A stretch of 64,000 nucleotides of DNA from Marsupella aquatica (lineage: Eukaryota > Plantae > Marchantiophyta): positions 13,794,330-13,858,329 of the forward strand of contig OZ316898.1 in assembly GCA_973895155.1 (NCBI GenBank), in the 5' to 3' direction. Positions within the stretch are counted from its first letter, which is position 1. Each line of letters opens with the position of its first letter. This document shows positions 26,149 through 39,197 of this stretch, piece by piece. The notes under the pieces were generated by a model. The model ran no database searches and was not told the DNA's origin. It saw nothing but the letters and a program-made list of their open reading frames with translations. Made by a program: the position numbers and the translations under genes.

Positions 26149-29100
26149 TGTGATCGATAGCTTTTATTTTGGGGACGATCCTGCAGTATATATATCCACG
26201 TACAACTAATGAGTTAGCAACAGAGGCTCTCATCGGAAATTGTTAAAATCCCGTATATTTTCTCGGTGACAGGAAATTCAATCTAAATTTTAATTCTGAT
26301 CTGTCGGCCCTAAGATACTGTTGCGAAATAAAGCTACCTCCTTGAACTATAATTCACGAGTTCAACTAGCTTGCAGCTCCGACATTAACCAAACTACGAC
26401 AACAGGCCGAGATTGAATTGCGAGAAACTAAGTTGTCCTGATCAGCAATGGGCTGAAAAGAGAACAGGAAGGATAGGGTCCCTCTATCCAGCTGAATGAG
26501 GTGCTTCGTAATACCTGCCGGGTTACAGCTACTTGTCTCGCAAAAGGCTTCGATATTCAAGGCTCTACGGTCTTCGACATATATCTAACGTTGCATTCCA
26601 ATAGATTTCCAGATCTTCAATGCTGGAACAAAGTAGCACAAACCACACCATGAGTGACAGTGAGATCAATATACAAACAACTCAAAATCTTTGAGCAAGA
26701 GTTTCGGCACGACTTCTTAAGTACAAGCATCAGTATAGCGAATTGGGAAAATAGCAGTAACAGATTCCCCGTCCTCGCAAGAACTGATACTCCCGCTGAT
26801 ACTGCATCCTCTCCGTCGATGGATATTTTGATCGGATATTGTCAATTAAGAGGTACACTATCGTTAGATGCCATTCAGCTCTCTCTTTATATATATAGAC
26901 AGACATCCATCCGCAAGAAATCTCCATACCGGACAATATTCTTGCGGACGAACTGCTCCGGTCGAATTAAAAGGGAGTTCGGGCCACCAGACTCCAGTCA
27001 AACAGACTTTAATTAAGTGAACGGTGATAGTATGTACTAAGTGAACTAGACTGTGATACGGATAGTAACATGCAACTGTTCTCAAAGCTATCGATACATA
27101 TTATCCTACGACTGCTTACAGGAATGCAATGAACCTCCAGGAACCCCCAGAGCCAACGCACCGATGTCTTCCGTTAATTCACAATCACACTCGCAGGAGA
27201 AAGGGAAAATTCTGTACACATGCAGAAACGAAAACGAGGTTGTAATCAGCTACGTCGACAAACAAGTGTAGCAAGCCGAAGAGCATACGCCACCAGACTG
27301 CCGAATCAGTGCGGTTCAATTCCTTGGCGATTGATAAACAATGCAAGATGAAGGAACGAGTCCAACGCTCAGATAAGAAGAAGATCCTCGGCTCGAGAGC
27401 TTAATTTCCTCTTGAAGAGCTAGCTGGGTCGGGCGTTCGCATCTGGAAGTCGGAGTGCAGTTCACTTATAGAGCTAATGCGCGCTACATCCGCGTTCTAC
27501 GTGACAAAGGCTTTCAAACGTGAGTTCTACGGAAATTGTAGCGAAGAGAAAGTTTCTGTACCATGCAGCGTTACGACGTACGGAAGAACCTTGAGATAAA
27601 TTCAGAAATTCTATAAGACCGGAAGACAGCAATATAAGCTCGGCCTGAGCTTGCCTTGCAAAGATGGTGCTTCCAAGCTAAACTAGTTCGGTCAGCAAGT
27701 CCAATTTATTTCACAGATTTCGATATAGTAAACAATATTTGTCCCCCTGATAGTTCCTCGCAGCCCTCTCTCTCCGAAACATCGTGCGCTACCTTGGTTA
27801 CGAACAAAGTTCATGGTTATCAGTACAGTACCTTCCCTGGCGTGGTCCCTCCAGAGGAACCTTAGGACGAGAGAAAATCTAGATCAAGTTGCCTTCGTGG
27901 GTACAAAGGACGTTTGAAAGCATTTGTCACGCGCTTTTCAGCTAGCGGAATGTTTTAGTCTGAAGGGTTGGTCCAAGAAGTTTTCTTCAGCAGGTTTCTG
28001 AAGCTTCGTCGCTGCCTCTCACTGTAGCTACTGGGCCGTGATATTGAGCTCACTCAACCAAAAACAAGAACAAAGCACAAGGCCGGAAAGCCAGAAAAAT
28101 TATATATGGCCAAGAATGAGACTGAAACCTATGCAAGGGTAGACGGAGAAAACACACATGCCTGTATATCAGAACACAAAATTGACAGTACCTTTAACAA
28201 AAACAGGAATAGAGATTGACAATTGTCTTCCTTCCCCCCAAAATTAATTTTGTTCATAGTGAGGAGTTTACTCTTAATAGAATTGAACTTTGGGCCGTTC
28301 TGTACTCACTCTAAAATTTACTTCTGCTCTAGTACCATCAGTTTTAGTATTGCCAATCATCAGGACCCCTTAGACCATCTTTCTGTGAAAATGGCTTGTT
28401 TAATTAATGAAGAAGACACCATTGCATACTCTCAACATGGGTGCTTGGAGATGCTCCTTTACAGACATGTGGGAGAGTTTCCCACTGACTCGAATCCTGG
28501 AAGGTCACGATCATTGCAAGACGTATCAGGTCTCGTAAGTTGACATATTGGTTTTCAGGTTACGTTTTGTTGAAAATATTTCCATCCCTCTTCCTCCGTC
28601 ATTGAATTGTAGTAGGAACTTCTCCTCCTTTCATTGTTTCCAAGACCGCAAGCTGGAAGCCCCACCTTTTCCACTCTTTCCTCTCCCACTGCCTACCTGA
28701 TTTTCTTTCTTCGTTTCCTCTGCAGATATATTTAGTTTCTCCTCTTGCTTCTTCAATTCTCTCCGTGCTACAGCACCTCTGGCTCCTGGGCCTTCTCCTC
28801 CATTGATCTCTTCTTGCGCTCCCCGACTCTCTCTTCTTAGCCTCCATAATTCCCTTACAGTATACATTACCCTACCGCCTCAACTTACACCTCACTTTCA
28901 CCTCAGGGTCCGTTAAATCTGTCGTTTTGGGCCTTCAATGTGTCAACTAAACACATTGGCCTGATTTACCACTTAGAAGTGTCTTGATTGCATAGATTGG
29001 CGCGCAACACATAAAGGCGTAAGACAAAACAATGATGAATAGATGAGTACACACTTGTCTTATCTTGCTAATTGAGTACTTGATTACTTGAATACACACT

Positions 29101-29462
29101 TATCTTAATCGTACTACAGTAGTCGTTAGCTGTCTCTTTAGCATTACTGCCTTTGCTGATTTATTCTCAGAAGTTCCTACTGATCGTAGGACGTCGAGTG
29201 CTACATCAGCCCTCGAATCATCCCCTAGTAGAACAAAACAAACCCCTGGCATTCGGGTCAAGAAATTAAACAAAATGCTTACTGGTAAAATCCAAGGTGA
29301 CAGCCCACTTCAGCTCATGATGAAAAGAGGCTGCTCGTGGCCCTATGACACTAGATGTAGTACGTACTCCACTCAGCCAGGGTTGCCCCTGCTTGCCCAC
29401 CGGGCCGTGACAGACCCAAGTTATCTACTGTACTGCTATCATGAGCCTCAACATGTTATGTG

Positions 29463-29771
29463 GGTGAAAGTTTGTAGCTATATGTCAATTGAAAGTGATA
29501 TTTCTCATTCACAAATAGTGAATTAGTGAGAAAAATGAACTACGGGTGAGAATATAGATCCACTTTAGATCATTCTCCTAAAGAAATCGCCCCAAGGCAT
29601 GCCCCTTCGCTTCACCAGCAAGGTCTAGACGGTGAAAGTTTTTACCTATGTCAACTATCTAGAAGCAATATTTCTCACTCAGGATTAGTATTAAGATAAA
29701 ACGTACGACAGGTGATAAGAAATTCATTATCATAAAAGAAATCGACCTCCCACCTTCGCTTCACCTGCAAG
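29463..29771. repeat. Old degenerate tandem duplication, period ~168 bp
   Basis: GGTGAAAGTTT..TATGTCAA..ATATTTCTCA..AAAGAAATCG..CCTTCGCTTCACC.GCAAG occurs twice in the same order. Confidence 0.7.
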
Positions 29772-30404
29772 TTCAGACTTCAGACACAGAAGATTAAGTT
29801 TAATTGTGATATGGCCAGTCGTAGGTAAGGTACGGGTTTTCTTCTTGACCGTTGTGGTGTGACGTATCCGTTGAAGTTGGTCAGATTATACAACTATGCC
29901 GCTGAATCGTACGCTAGTCCCGCAAATTGCTTCCTTGAGTGAGAGAGTTTGATGTGACTGGCCTCTACGTGCGATGCAGCCATTTCAGAAACCTTTGATC
30001 GGGTGCTCCCTTGCAAAAATAATACCGCGTAGCTGATGCATGGTTCGTACCTTTAGGACCACCGCTCAACAATCAACTGAGAGGACGGCTGCCCTGTCCA
30101 GTCTCCTTCATCACGTGGTCTGGAAATACGCTACCTGATTATACACAAAGGGATATATTTCGACTTTTCGGGAAGGGCAGCGGCGGGACCCATGGAGTCA
30201 ACGCCAATCATGACTTTTCAATGGAAGCTGAATTAGATGAGCCCGCGTATTCATCGATAGATAGGGGCCAAAATTTTCAGCTCATACTCAAAGTACTCCC
30301 TCATTACTACAACGCATGTTTCTGGATATATGGGCATTTCCCAAAAACTTTCACAAGCGTCTTCCTATCATCCAGATTATAGATCGTGCTCTTGTAGACG
30401 AACC

Positions 30405-30530
30405 TTCTTCTGCTTTAATTAATTATCCGTGAGCTTTCCCGACTTGATTTTCTAACAAGGTAGGATGTTCTTCTGCTTTAATTAATTATCCGTGAGCTTT
30501 CCCGTCTTGATTTTCTAACAAGGTAGGATG
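30405..30530. repeat. Near-perfect 63-bp tandem duplication
   Basis: Copies start at 30405 and 30468, with one mismatch. Confidence 0.92.
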
Positions 30531-32658
30531 AATAAAAGTCCGTAGAAAAAGCTCATTCTTTGATTCAAACTCATAGTACGAACATAACTGTCTTGCGCTG
30601 AACTGTGAGTATTGAAACCGGGACTGAAACCAGCTGCAGTCGCCTCCGTTATTGACGAATGCGGTAACCTAATCGATCTGAGCTCAGGGGCCTGGCAATC
30701 AGGACAGGACTCCGTAGTTGGCCCCAGCGACCAGCCAACGGGCTGCACGGCTCGTTTCAGTAGCCTGGTGAGCTAGAGGTAGACTGTAAACGAGTGACAA
30801 CAAAGATAGAATTCAAAAGCATGATGCAAACTAAGGCCCTAACTCATTGAAACAGTAGTGGCTGATGGGACTGAGGTTGGTTAGCACAGCTTCACTCAGT
30901 CCGAACAAACTGAAGTCCGTGGTGAGCGAGGGAAAATGTTAAGAGAAAGGACCCCAATTCAAAAGGCCGAGTAGGTAATAATTTCAGTCCTTGCATGGGT
31001 TTTAAAGAGGACTGGGGAAATCACTTCGCCTTGTCCAACTCCTGTGGTCGCTGGTCCTCTCCCATCCTCTCCCCACCCATAATCATGACTCCTGCCTTCT
31101 CTTTGGACTTGCTTCCCTATCCCGACCATATATTGATATTGTGTTTGCTAGCCACAACTCAAGCCTAGCTCCTTTGATTATCCTTAATTTTGATTATCAA
31201 TCTTTCCCTACCAAATTGTCACCACTGACTCAGTTAATGACAAGATTTTGTGTAACCATGGGACGCTTACACTAGTTGATAAGTCAAGTACAGCAAAGAA
31301 GGCAAGCCAGCCATGGCCACTCAAAGGCCATGCAAGGCATAGAAAGTCCAATAACCCGCACTGCCCACATGAAACCAGGGAGGGGCCTGGCCAACTAGAT
31401 TGACCACTTGAGACCGTCAGAGTGACTCGCAATCAGCCATCTAGTGATTCCTGTGAGCATATTATTTGGTTTCTCTAAGATAAGACTGTAGAAGGTTGAA
31501 GAGAAGGCAAGGATCAACAAGTGATGCGAAAATGGATAACAGCATTAGGCTATGTTAAGGAAACTCGAAAATGGGTTAAAAATGACAGGAGCCATTTCAG
31601 GAGTACTTATGAACTTCCATTAAAATATAAACAAACTCATAAGTCGGAATGGACACGTACTTTGATTTGACTTCGATGCTCCACATCGCTGCTTACCAAT
31701 TACTTGGAAAAGTCAGGAGACGATAGAATCAACATGCATACGTGTCCTTAGGGATGTGTTTGCCCAACGTCCTTAGCAAATGATGGTAATGTGGAAAAGA
31801 ACAAAACTATCCGAAGGGTGATTGATGCGACGACCATTGCTGGTTCCCCACGTAATTTGTGCAGGCCAACGACAAGCAGTACAGCTTCAGCCATGGTAGC
31901 TATCTCTAACTACAGTAGTAGCTAGAATCTGGTCAATTTGTTATCGGAAGTAAAGTGTACAAACCACCACCGGTTCCGGGTATGCACGGTGCATCCCTTC
32001 ATACATAAAAAAACAATTTCATGCTGGTAATTAATCGTCAGCCAAGCAACTCTGATGATGAGACAGAGACCATAGTAAAGGAAACTAAAAAAATATCTTA
32101 CTATTAAATCGCGAACAGAAAGCTACTACAGTGAGTGAAGACTGTAGACCGAGACTCTAGGGCCCCACCAAAATTTGCAGATGGAAAGAGCGATGAGTCA
32201 TCACTCCTATCAAAGCAGGGGCATTCAGACTCGTATTGTAAACTGTGTGACCCGCTGTATAGTTACTTGCCTACTAGAGCGACTCCGTCTGCGATGTTAC
32301 CTTTGAAAGAGTGGGCGAGAGGCCGGATGCAGTGGCTGACCATCAAGAAGCTGATGCCAGGCACAAAAGGTCCGAAATGGAACGATGCATACTTAACTCA
32401 GATCAAGCCTGCATCAAATGCAGGTGTCCAACCCTTTACTTCCGTCAACTGTTACTACAGTTGCGGTTGTAATCCATCAACTATCACAAGTACAAAATCC
32501 CTCATAGGAGTTCGATGAATGCTTTGTGACATCATGTATGTTTTGGAAATTCTTATCTGCATGTTGCCAACCTGACTATTAGGTGAACCAGCTGGGCCAA
32601 TGAAACCAATGATCACAGCACAATAATTACAGCAAAAGGTAACGAAGAGAGAATTGCT

Positions 32659-33703
32659 GTAGCGTCAGAATGACGGCAAGCGACAGTTGTAGTAAGGCAA
32701 CATGTAAAGGAGGTTTGGTCGACAACAATTCATTTGAGAACAAAGATTTGCTTCCACAACCACAATATGACCATAGTGACATCTCAGCCGACATAGTCAC
32801 AGGACACGAATACATGCACGGGATTTAAGATTTAATTTGAGCCCAAGCAAAAAAGGTGAAACTCCCCCAGCCCGCGCCTGCACACCACCCCCGCTCCCCC
32901 CCCCCCCCGCTCCAACCCATGAATATGAGGACCACATCGGTCCAAATCCGGGACGAGGACATAACAGTCTCTAGAACTGAGAAGAAACGACAACCAAGAT
33001 AAAAAATCTTTCTGCAAAATGCAACACTGCCAAAAATGCAACGAATTTACCGCTAGTATCTGGCAACTCTTCCAGCTGCACTCTGCCCGCAAGCTCACAA
33101 GCACCAAATTAACAGATTTCAGGACAGCGTTCAGAGGTGGCTCGATACTCGGGTCACAGGAACCACTTATTAAACTTTCAATTAATTGATCGAGGGATAT
33201 ATATTGATATGTTAATTTGTGACTGCATCTCATCATAGGTTTGGACTATGATGAGACGAGCCCAATGCCTGTGTGTGTGGGTTGCAAAGAAAACGAGACG
33301 GTAAAGCAAAGAAGCACATGTTGCAAAGAAAATGACAAGGGGAAGCAATGAAGGGCAGCTGAGCGAAGTGAGTATTGTAGGGTGGAGGCACGTAAATAGT
33401 TGAGCTACTGATCTTATGTGTCATCTATGCAAGGGTATCTTCCAAGCAAGGAAATCACTGGGGCACAGATCCAAATGTAGTGAGGCAAGGTGAACTTTTG
33501 AGTTCAACGCTCATGCATTGCAAAGCTATCATATGAGAAGAGAAGTTTAGGGTTTAGGGAAGAGAAGTGCGGTACGTAGCTTCAAAATGATGCCATGCCA
33601 GGTGACAGTTATAGTAAGGCAACATGAAAAGCAGCTTTGGTGGACAACAATCCGATTAAAATAAAGATTCACTTCCACGACCACGATACCACCATAGAGA
33701 ACT
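32659..33703. repeat. Dispersed ~125-bp direct duplication (32659-32780 and 33576-33703)
   Basis: Shared GTAGC.TCA.AATGA..GACAGTT.TAGTAAGGCAACATG.AAAG..TTTGGT.GACAACAAT..AAAGATT..CTTCCAC.ACCAC.ATA..ACCATAG. Confidence 0.75.
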
Positions 33704-33733
33704 AGATACTGCAGAAATGCAACTTTGCTGCTG

Positions 33734-33829
33734 GGGTCCACGGCCTCCCACAACTTTTCTCTTCTCAAAAGCTGCATCAACGGGTCCACGGCCTCCCACA
33801 ACTTTTCTCTTCTCAAAAGCTGCATCAAC
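33734..33829 (-). repeat. Perfect 48-bp tandem duplication, possibly of a copia gag N-terminal remnant
   Basis: Copies start at 33734 and 33782. Minus frame LMQLLRREKLWEAVDP resembles the gag M..LL....LW..V pattern (weak). Confidence 0.8.
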
Positions 33830-33988
33830 TTGTAAGACCAGAGAAAAATAGTTAGAAGAACCAGATAATTTCATACCCTCGCCCTGGAACCTCTTTGATG
33901 GTCGCCATCGCTAGCTGCACTTCCTATGTATTCCTAGGGAGTCAGTACTTAGCTTGATACCATAAAAATGATGACCCGATGACTGTTA

Positions 33989-34189
33989 ATGGTAGTCACG
34001 TGTTCTACACTAAAGAAACATGCACATGCTACTGTTCTGAGAGACTTAACAAAGAACTCTACCAAAACTTACAACACGATCTCAATCATATGGTAGTCAC
34101 TTGTTCTACACTAAAGAAACATGCACATGCTACTGTTCTGAGGGACTTAACAAAGGACTACCAAAACTTACAACACGATCTCAATCATA
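33989..34189. repeat. ~101-bp tandem duplication
   Basis: ATGGTAGTCAC..TCTCAATCATA starts at 33989 and 34090, with few mismatches. Confidence 0.92.
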
Positions 34190-36517
34190 TTGCAGCACAA
34201 GATTTCAACCAGAACGCTCTATACCATGTTGGAATTGCCACAATATGGATGACTGAGACATCAAAATGAACTGCATGGACCGGTTCTTATACATAATTCC
34301 CACAGCCTCACCGCCGGGAGCTAATGCACTAACAATTGTGTCATACAAGGGCGGCTAATTCTGGCAACCTAGCAAGATCCGAGAAGTAGATCTGACAGGT
34401 GATTTCCAACAACAGCAATGTTCCAGACGGTGTTGGAAGCATTCCTTTCCAACTCAATTTTCATTTCCTGAGATATTCTTTCCAAAATCATTTCTCTGTT
34501 TTGCATCCAGATTTGTTACCATGTAGGAGCATCGTCGTGCAGGGAGAGCGCTGACTGACCTAAGTTTCGATCAGGCTACCCTTAGATAGCTCAATCAAGT
34601 GACCTCCGTGTCCTGATGCAGCTTAGGGTTACAATTTTATTCCCTTAACGGAAGTCAGAACCAACCTTGCAACTAGCAACGCTGTCGTGACTAAAAAATC
34701 CTGAGTCTCTTTGCTTTGGAAAATATGAACTGACTTCTTCTTCAAGAAAAATATATAGACTAAGACAATGTCAGCGCGCTCTTCACTTGCATCTGAAATG
34801 CTTTCAGAGCCGGATGGAGTTCACCGTTGCCGCCACCACCCAGCAGATTGAGCTCGCGGTAACTTGACAGCGTCCGCTTGCCTCTGCGTTTCCTGAGCTC
34901 GAGAAAGTTAAGTAGCCCGAATTATCTAGTTCTCATTAAATCATCAGACATTGGAACAAGCTCTAGGGCAACGAATCAGCTGAGTAGAAAATCTTGCCCG
35001 CCTGCCAACATGTCTCGGGGTATCTGCAATTGCTGCAATTTTGAGGTGGCCTTGTATGATCTGAAGGTGGAAACAGGCCATTTGTACACAGTACTAACTG
35101 ACCATTCTTTCTCATAACGTTAAATTTATTTCAACTAAGTTCTCCTTTTTTCGGTCTCAAATGTTCTCGGCTGGAATTTGATACTAGTTCCGAGAAGTTC
35201 AAACATAGAACACTCCAGTACATTAAACTGGACTATTAATTTTTCTGGTGAAGACTCTGCCACCTCTAGAAAGGTTGAAGACCTTCCTGTCGAGTAACTT
35301 GTTTCGCGGGTGGGGACGACTACACATTTGTCCTATGATTTAATGTGAGGTCAGCTCTATGGGTTCATAGACTTGGTTGTTCTGTTGTCTGCACCTGTAT
35401 TTGAGGATATTGAGAACTAACACATTTGGAATGACTTTACTCATTGCTTTGCATTGATTCCTTAGCCTGTTTTGGCAAGGATGGACAGAATTCAGACATG
35501 ATTGGCTAGTGCCTGGGGTTTAGGGGATAAGGACTTTGGGGGGTCCGGTCATTTCTATGAAGTAGTCTTAAGGTACTGAGGTAAAGATATCCAATTTTTT
35601 GTGCACTGTAATCCAAATACAAAAGGACCTAATTATCCACTAAGGATTTTTGAACTGCCATTTTTTAAAGGTTTATCAAGTGATATATTGTATTCAAATA
35701 TCAGGATTTCAAATTATGCCTAGCAGCTACCACTATGGTAATTTTAACCAAAGCGGTGCCGGTATGGGGTGTTCTGATAAGACTCCCCGAGTACAGCTAG
35801 CCAATACTTGGGAATAGAGTACAATCCCCAAATAACCGGCAGGCCAGGGCTGCAAACAGGCAAAATGGTTAGTCTCATTTTCTACACTTCATTTTGAGTA
35901 CGTCGATCTCAACGACAAGCTGACTTGCCACTAAGTCCGATGCTCCCCATCACACTGCGAGTCAATACGTGGACACAGAGTGTGTTGGCTCCCAAAACAT
36001 GCGGATATGACTACAATCTCCTTATATTTTAGCTCGTAGGTTCGTTCTGCAGCCTCATTGCCAACCAATTCCGATTCCTTCAAGTCATAAGCACCGCAGA
36101 TTCAGCAAACCCTACTTGACTGGAATTCTGGACAGAAAGGTCCTGTTTGAGACGGGTTTGAGACCAGAAGTTTGCTACGGTACATTTTTCTCCTGTCATC
36201 TGGCAATGCTGAATCATATACAGGAGAAATCAAAGCATGGAGCCTGTGCAGCATGATCGCAGTTCACAAAGTTCGAGACATTTCTATGTGACTAACAACG
36301 AATTTATTAGTTCCTTATTTTTAGATGCTGTAAAGATACTTACCCGGCGAGATCTTCTTCAGGCGATACCGTCGTGTCCTGCGATGATGTCTAAGGTCTA
36401 CATCAATGCTCACGGCCGCAACGTAGATTCGCAAATTTTGCCTGTAGATCGAGCGTGTTCAATCTATTGCAGGGAGGACCACAATTTGTCTGAGGTTACT
36501 GTAGGCTCGCAGGACTC

Positions 36518-36624
36518 CGCCCATGCTCAGAACGGTGCTCTAACTGGTATATCAGAAACCTCTCGACGGATTTCGCCCATGTTCAGAACGGTGCTCTAAC
36601 TGGTATATATGAAACCTCTCGACG
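36518..36624. repeat. 56-bp tandem duplication
   Basis: CGCCCATG.TCAGAACGGTGCTCTAACTGGTATAT..GAAACCTCTCGACG starts at 36518 and 36574. Confidence 0.9.
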
Positions 36625-39146
36625 TTTGTGGCTACTGCGTTTTGCCTTTCGTCACATCGGCTTCGCAAACCAACGAAGTGGAGACCTGAACGCAAGTCAA
36701 CAAATGCTACTTGACTACTGTGACGTTCCCAAATGTGGCCTCTGCTATGGGACCACGGATTCCACGTATGGAACGCTGAGTTTGCAATTGTACCTTGCTC
36801 AACTTGGTACATACTTGAAATCTCGAAGAGTTCAAGCATCTTCGGCCATTGGGCCCCCAGGCCCCAGCCTCTGTAGAATACTTTGCGGGGTATGAGCAAC
36901 ACAGACCAGTCTTTGTTTTCTGCACAGGATTGGAGTAAGGTGAGTGAAGCAATTGAGTACAAAGCGCTCCACGGCATATCATGAATTAATTACGTCTCCC
37001 TGTCGCCGGTCTACTATGGTCCTTTGAAACTACATTGCTGGCTCCTCTTCCAAGAGAGACGAGAAAGGATCACGATCTCACCACCGAATCGTGTACAATG
37101 GTTTGCTTTTTCAGACCTACAGTAGTTCCGTGAACTCGACTACTGTTGCTGCCTGGTCGAAGAATCAACTAATCGAAAACTCACTCAGTCACTCTCGTAA
37201 TTGATTAAGTATAGCACCTCTCAACTCGCTTTTAAATTAGTGTGTCACTAAAATTCTTCGAAACGAGAGCAGGTTCCTCAATTTTTCGATTCTCTTGTTG
37301 GCGAATATTCAGCTGCAGCTTGGCTACTCTATTTGATATAATAATGTCACAAATTAGGTTGATCACGGCCTAGATCGGGACGTTGACAATGTGTCAAATT
37401 TGTTGATCACAATGGTAGGACGGAGTTATCATTTTGGTCACTTGATGTCAATTGTGAAAGTTTTTTTATTTGTTGATGAAAGCAAAGGTAGGGGAGTGAG
37501 GATGTGATACGGATGACAACAGCCACGGCACGCAAAAACGAAGCACGGTCACTTGATGAGAGAGACATTTGTTCACTTTCTCTTTTGTTTTGTTTGTATA
37601 AAATTTGGAGATTCTCAGTTTTCAAAATATTATTTATTTATTATTATTTTCATGGTGGGCAAGCGCACACAGGTGTAGGCTTTGTGTGGGGGGGGGGAGT
37701 ACGGCCATATGGGTGGATCTCACTTGCAATTTATTTTTTAATAGCTTAAGATGTCCTCCTGCCCTTTTCCTTTCCTTATTGTAAGCCTGCACTAATACAC
37801 TGACAACTAAGATAACATGCACAAGCATGTGTGATCTCGTGTATAATATACACACAAGTAATCAACATAAAAGATATGTTATACCAAATCAGGTACCCAA
37901 AGGTTATATCCATGTTAACACACAATCAACAAATATTTATAATTGAACTCTAAACCTTTTGACCATATTGAGTCTCCACAGACTAATTAAACTTGTCTTA
38001 TACCTTACTTAGATGGCTATGTAACAATAAATTCCACTCAAGATTGGACTTACGAGTTAAGTCCTGCTAGTGAATATTGTTCACAGTGACACATCTAACC
38101 TTAATCAAGTCCTGGTCAGACTAACCACAACTACATAGTGAGTTCTATAGACCCAGGCAAGTATAAAATAATGCCTAACACAATTTCTCTTTTTTAAATT
38201 GGCAAGTTTGTTTAGTATAGTGTTTGATGGTAACTTCCAAGTAATGTATGAAATGTCTTATAATTAAGCAAATTGTGACACGGCATTGTGTCAACAAAAG
38301 AAGGCTTTAGTTTGAGTTTTGAGTTTGTGGTTATAATTGGCCAGGGTAGAGGGCATATATTGCTACTCTTAAAGGCCTATTTAAGAGATTTTTATTTTGA
38401 CTATGATCCCTTTTCTTTAGAGAAGTTGTGCCTGCAGTCCCATCCTGATTGTGAATATAATTCCCTGAGTGCCAAATCTGGGCTGACTCTGCATTTTTCT
38501 CCAAAAAGCACCAAAGAAAAAGAAAATTAAACCACAAAGGGCATTAAGTGCACAGGAGCGGTGGGGGAAGGGGAGTTAAAGGGAACATATGCTCCCAAAC
38601 TTCAGGGGTTGGGCCATTTTCCCGCCATATGTATAGCTAACACAAGCTAGAGCTGGGATCTAGATTTCTAGATTGAAGCCTATATATTTATGACCCTAAC
38701 TCCCCCTAATAAAGACAACACCAATAAAGACAAAACCAAAAAATGAAGTGTCCAAAATAAGGGATGGGGCAAAGATGAAAGGAAATAACATAAATTCAAT
38801 CTCTTGCAAAGCTTCTTTTTGTCTTATCTCTATGTAGGTTTGGAAGGGGTAATCAGTCTAGTGATTTGAAAGCTTGGTGTGTGCAGTTTTGAACACCTTA
38901 CCAAACCAATGATCTTTGCAAGCACAACATCCATAAAGTTTTGGAACATGAAATCCTCACCCATTTCAAAAAAGTATTGTGTGGCTGTGCAGTTTTGAGC
39001 ACTTTACGAAACCCGATGATCGTCACATTAAACATCCATGAAAGTTTTAGAACATAGTCAATTATTCTACTGTATTTCTAAAGAATTAAGTTTCTTGGCG
39101 GTTTTAAGTCTATGTTAAGCTCAATGATTTGTTTGTTTCAAAATAA

Positions 39147-39152
<6 letters not shown>

Positions 39153-39196
<44 letters not shown>
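39153..39196. repeat. (AG)22 microsatellite
   Basis: Pure AG run. Confidence 0.98.

Positions 39197-39197
<1 letters not shown>

Noticed and set aside
36336-36347. ATACTTACC resembling the U1 snRNA 5' end (also at 20963)
   Set aside because: No downstream U1 sequence; it is the reverse complement of a G/GTAAGTAT splice donor.
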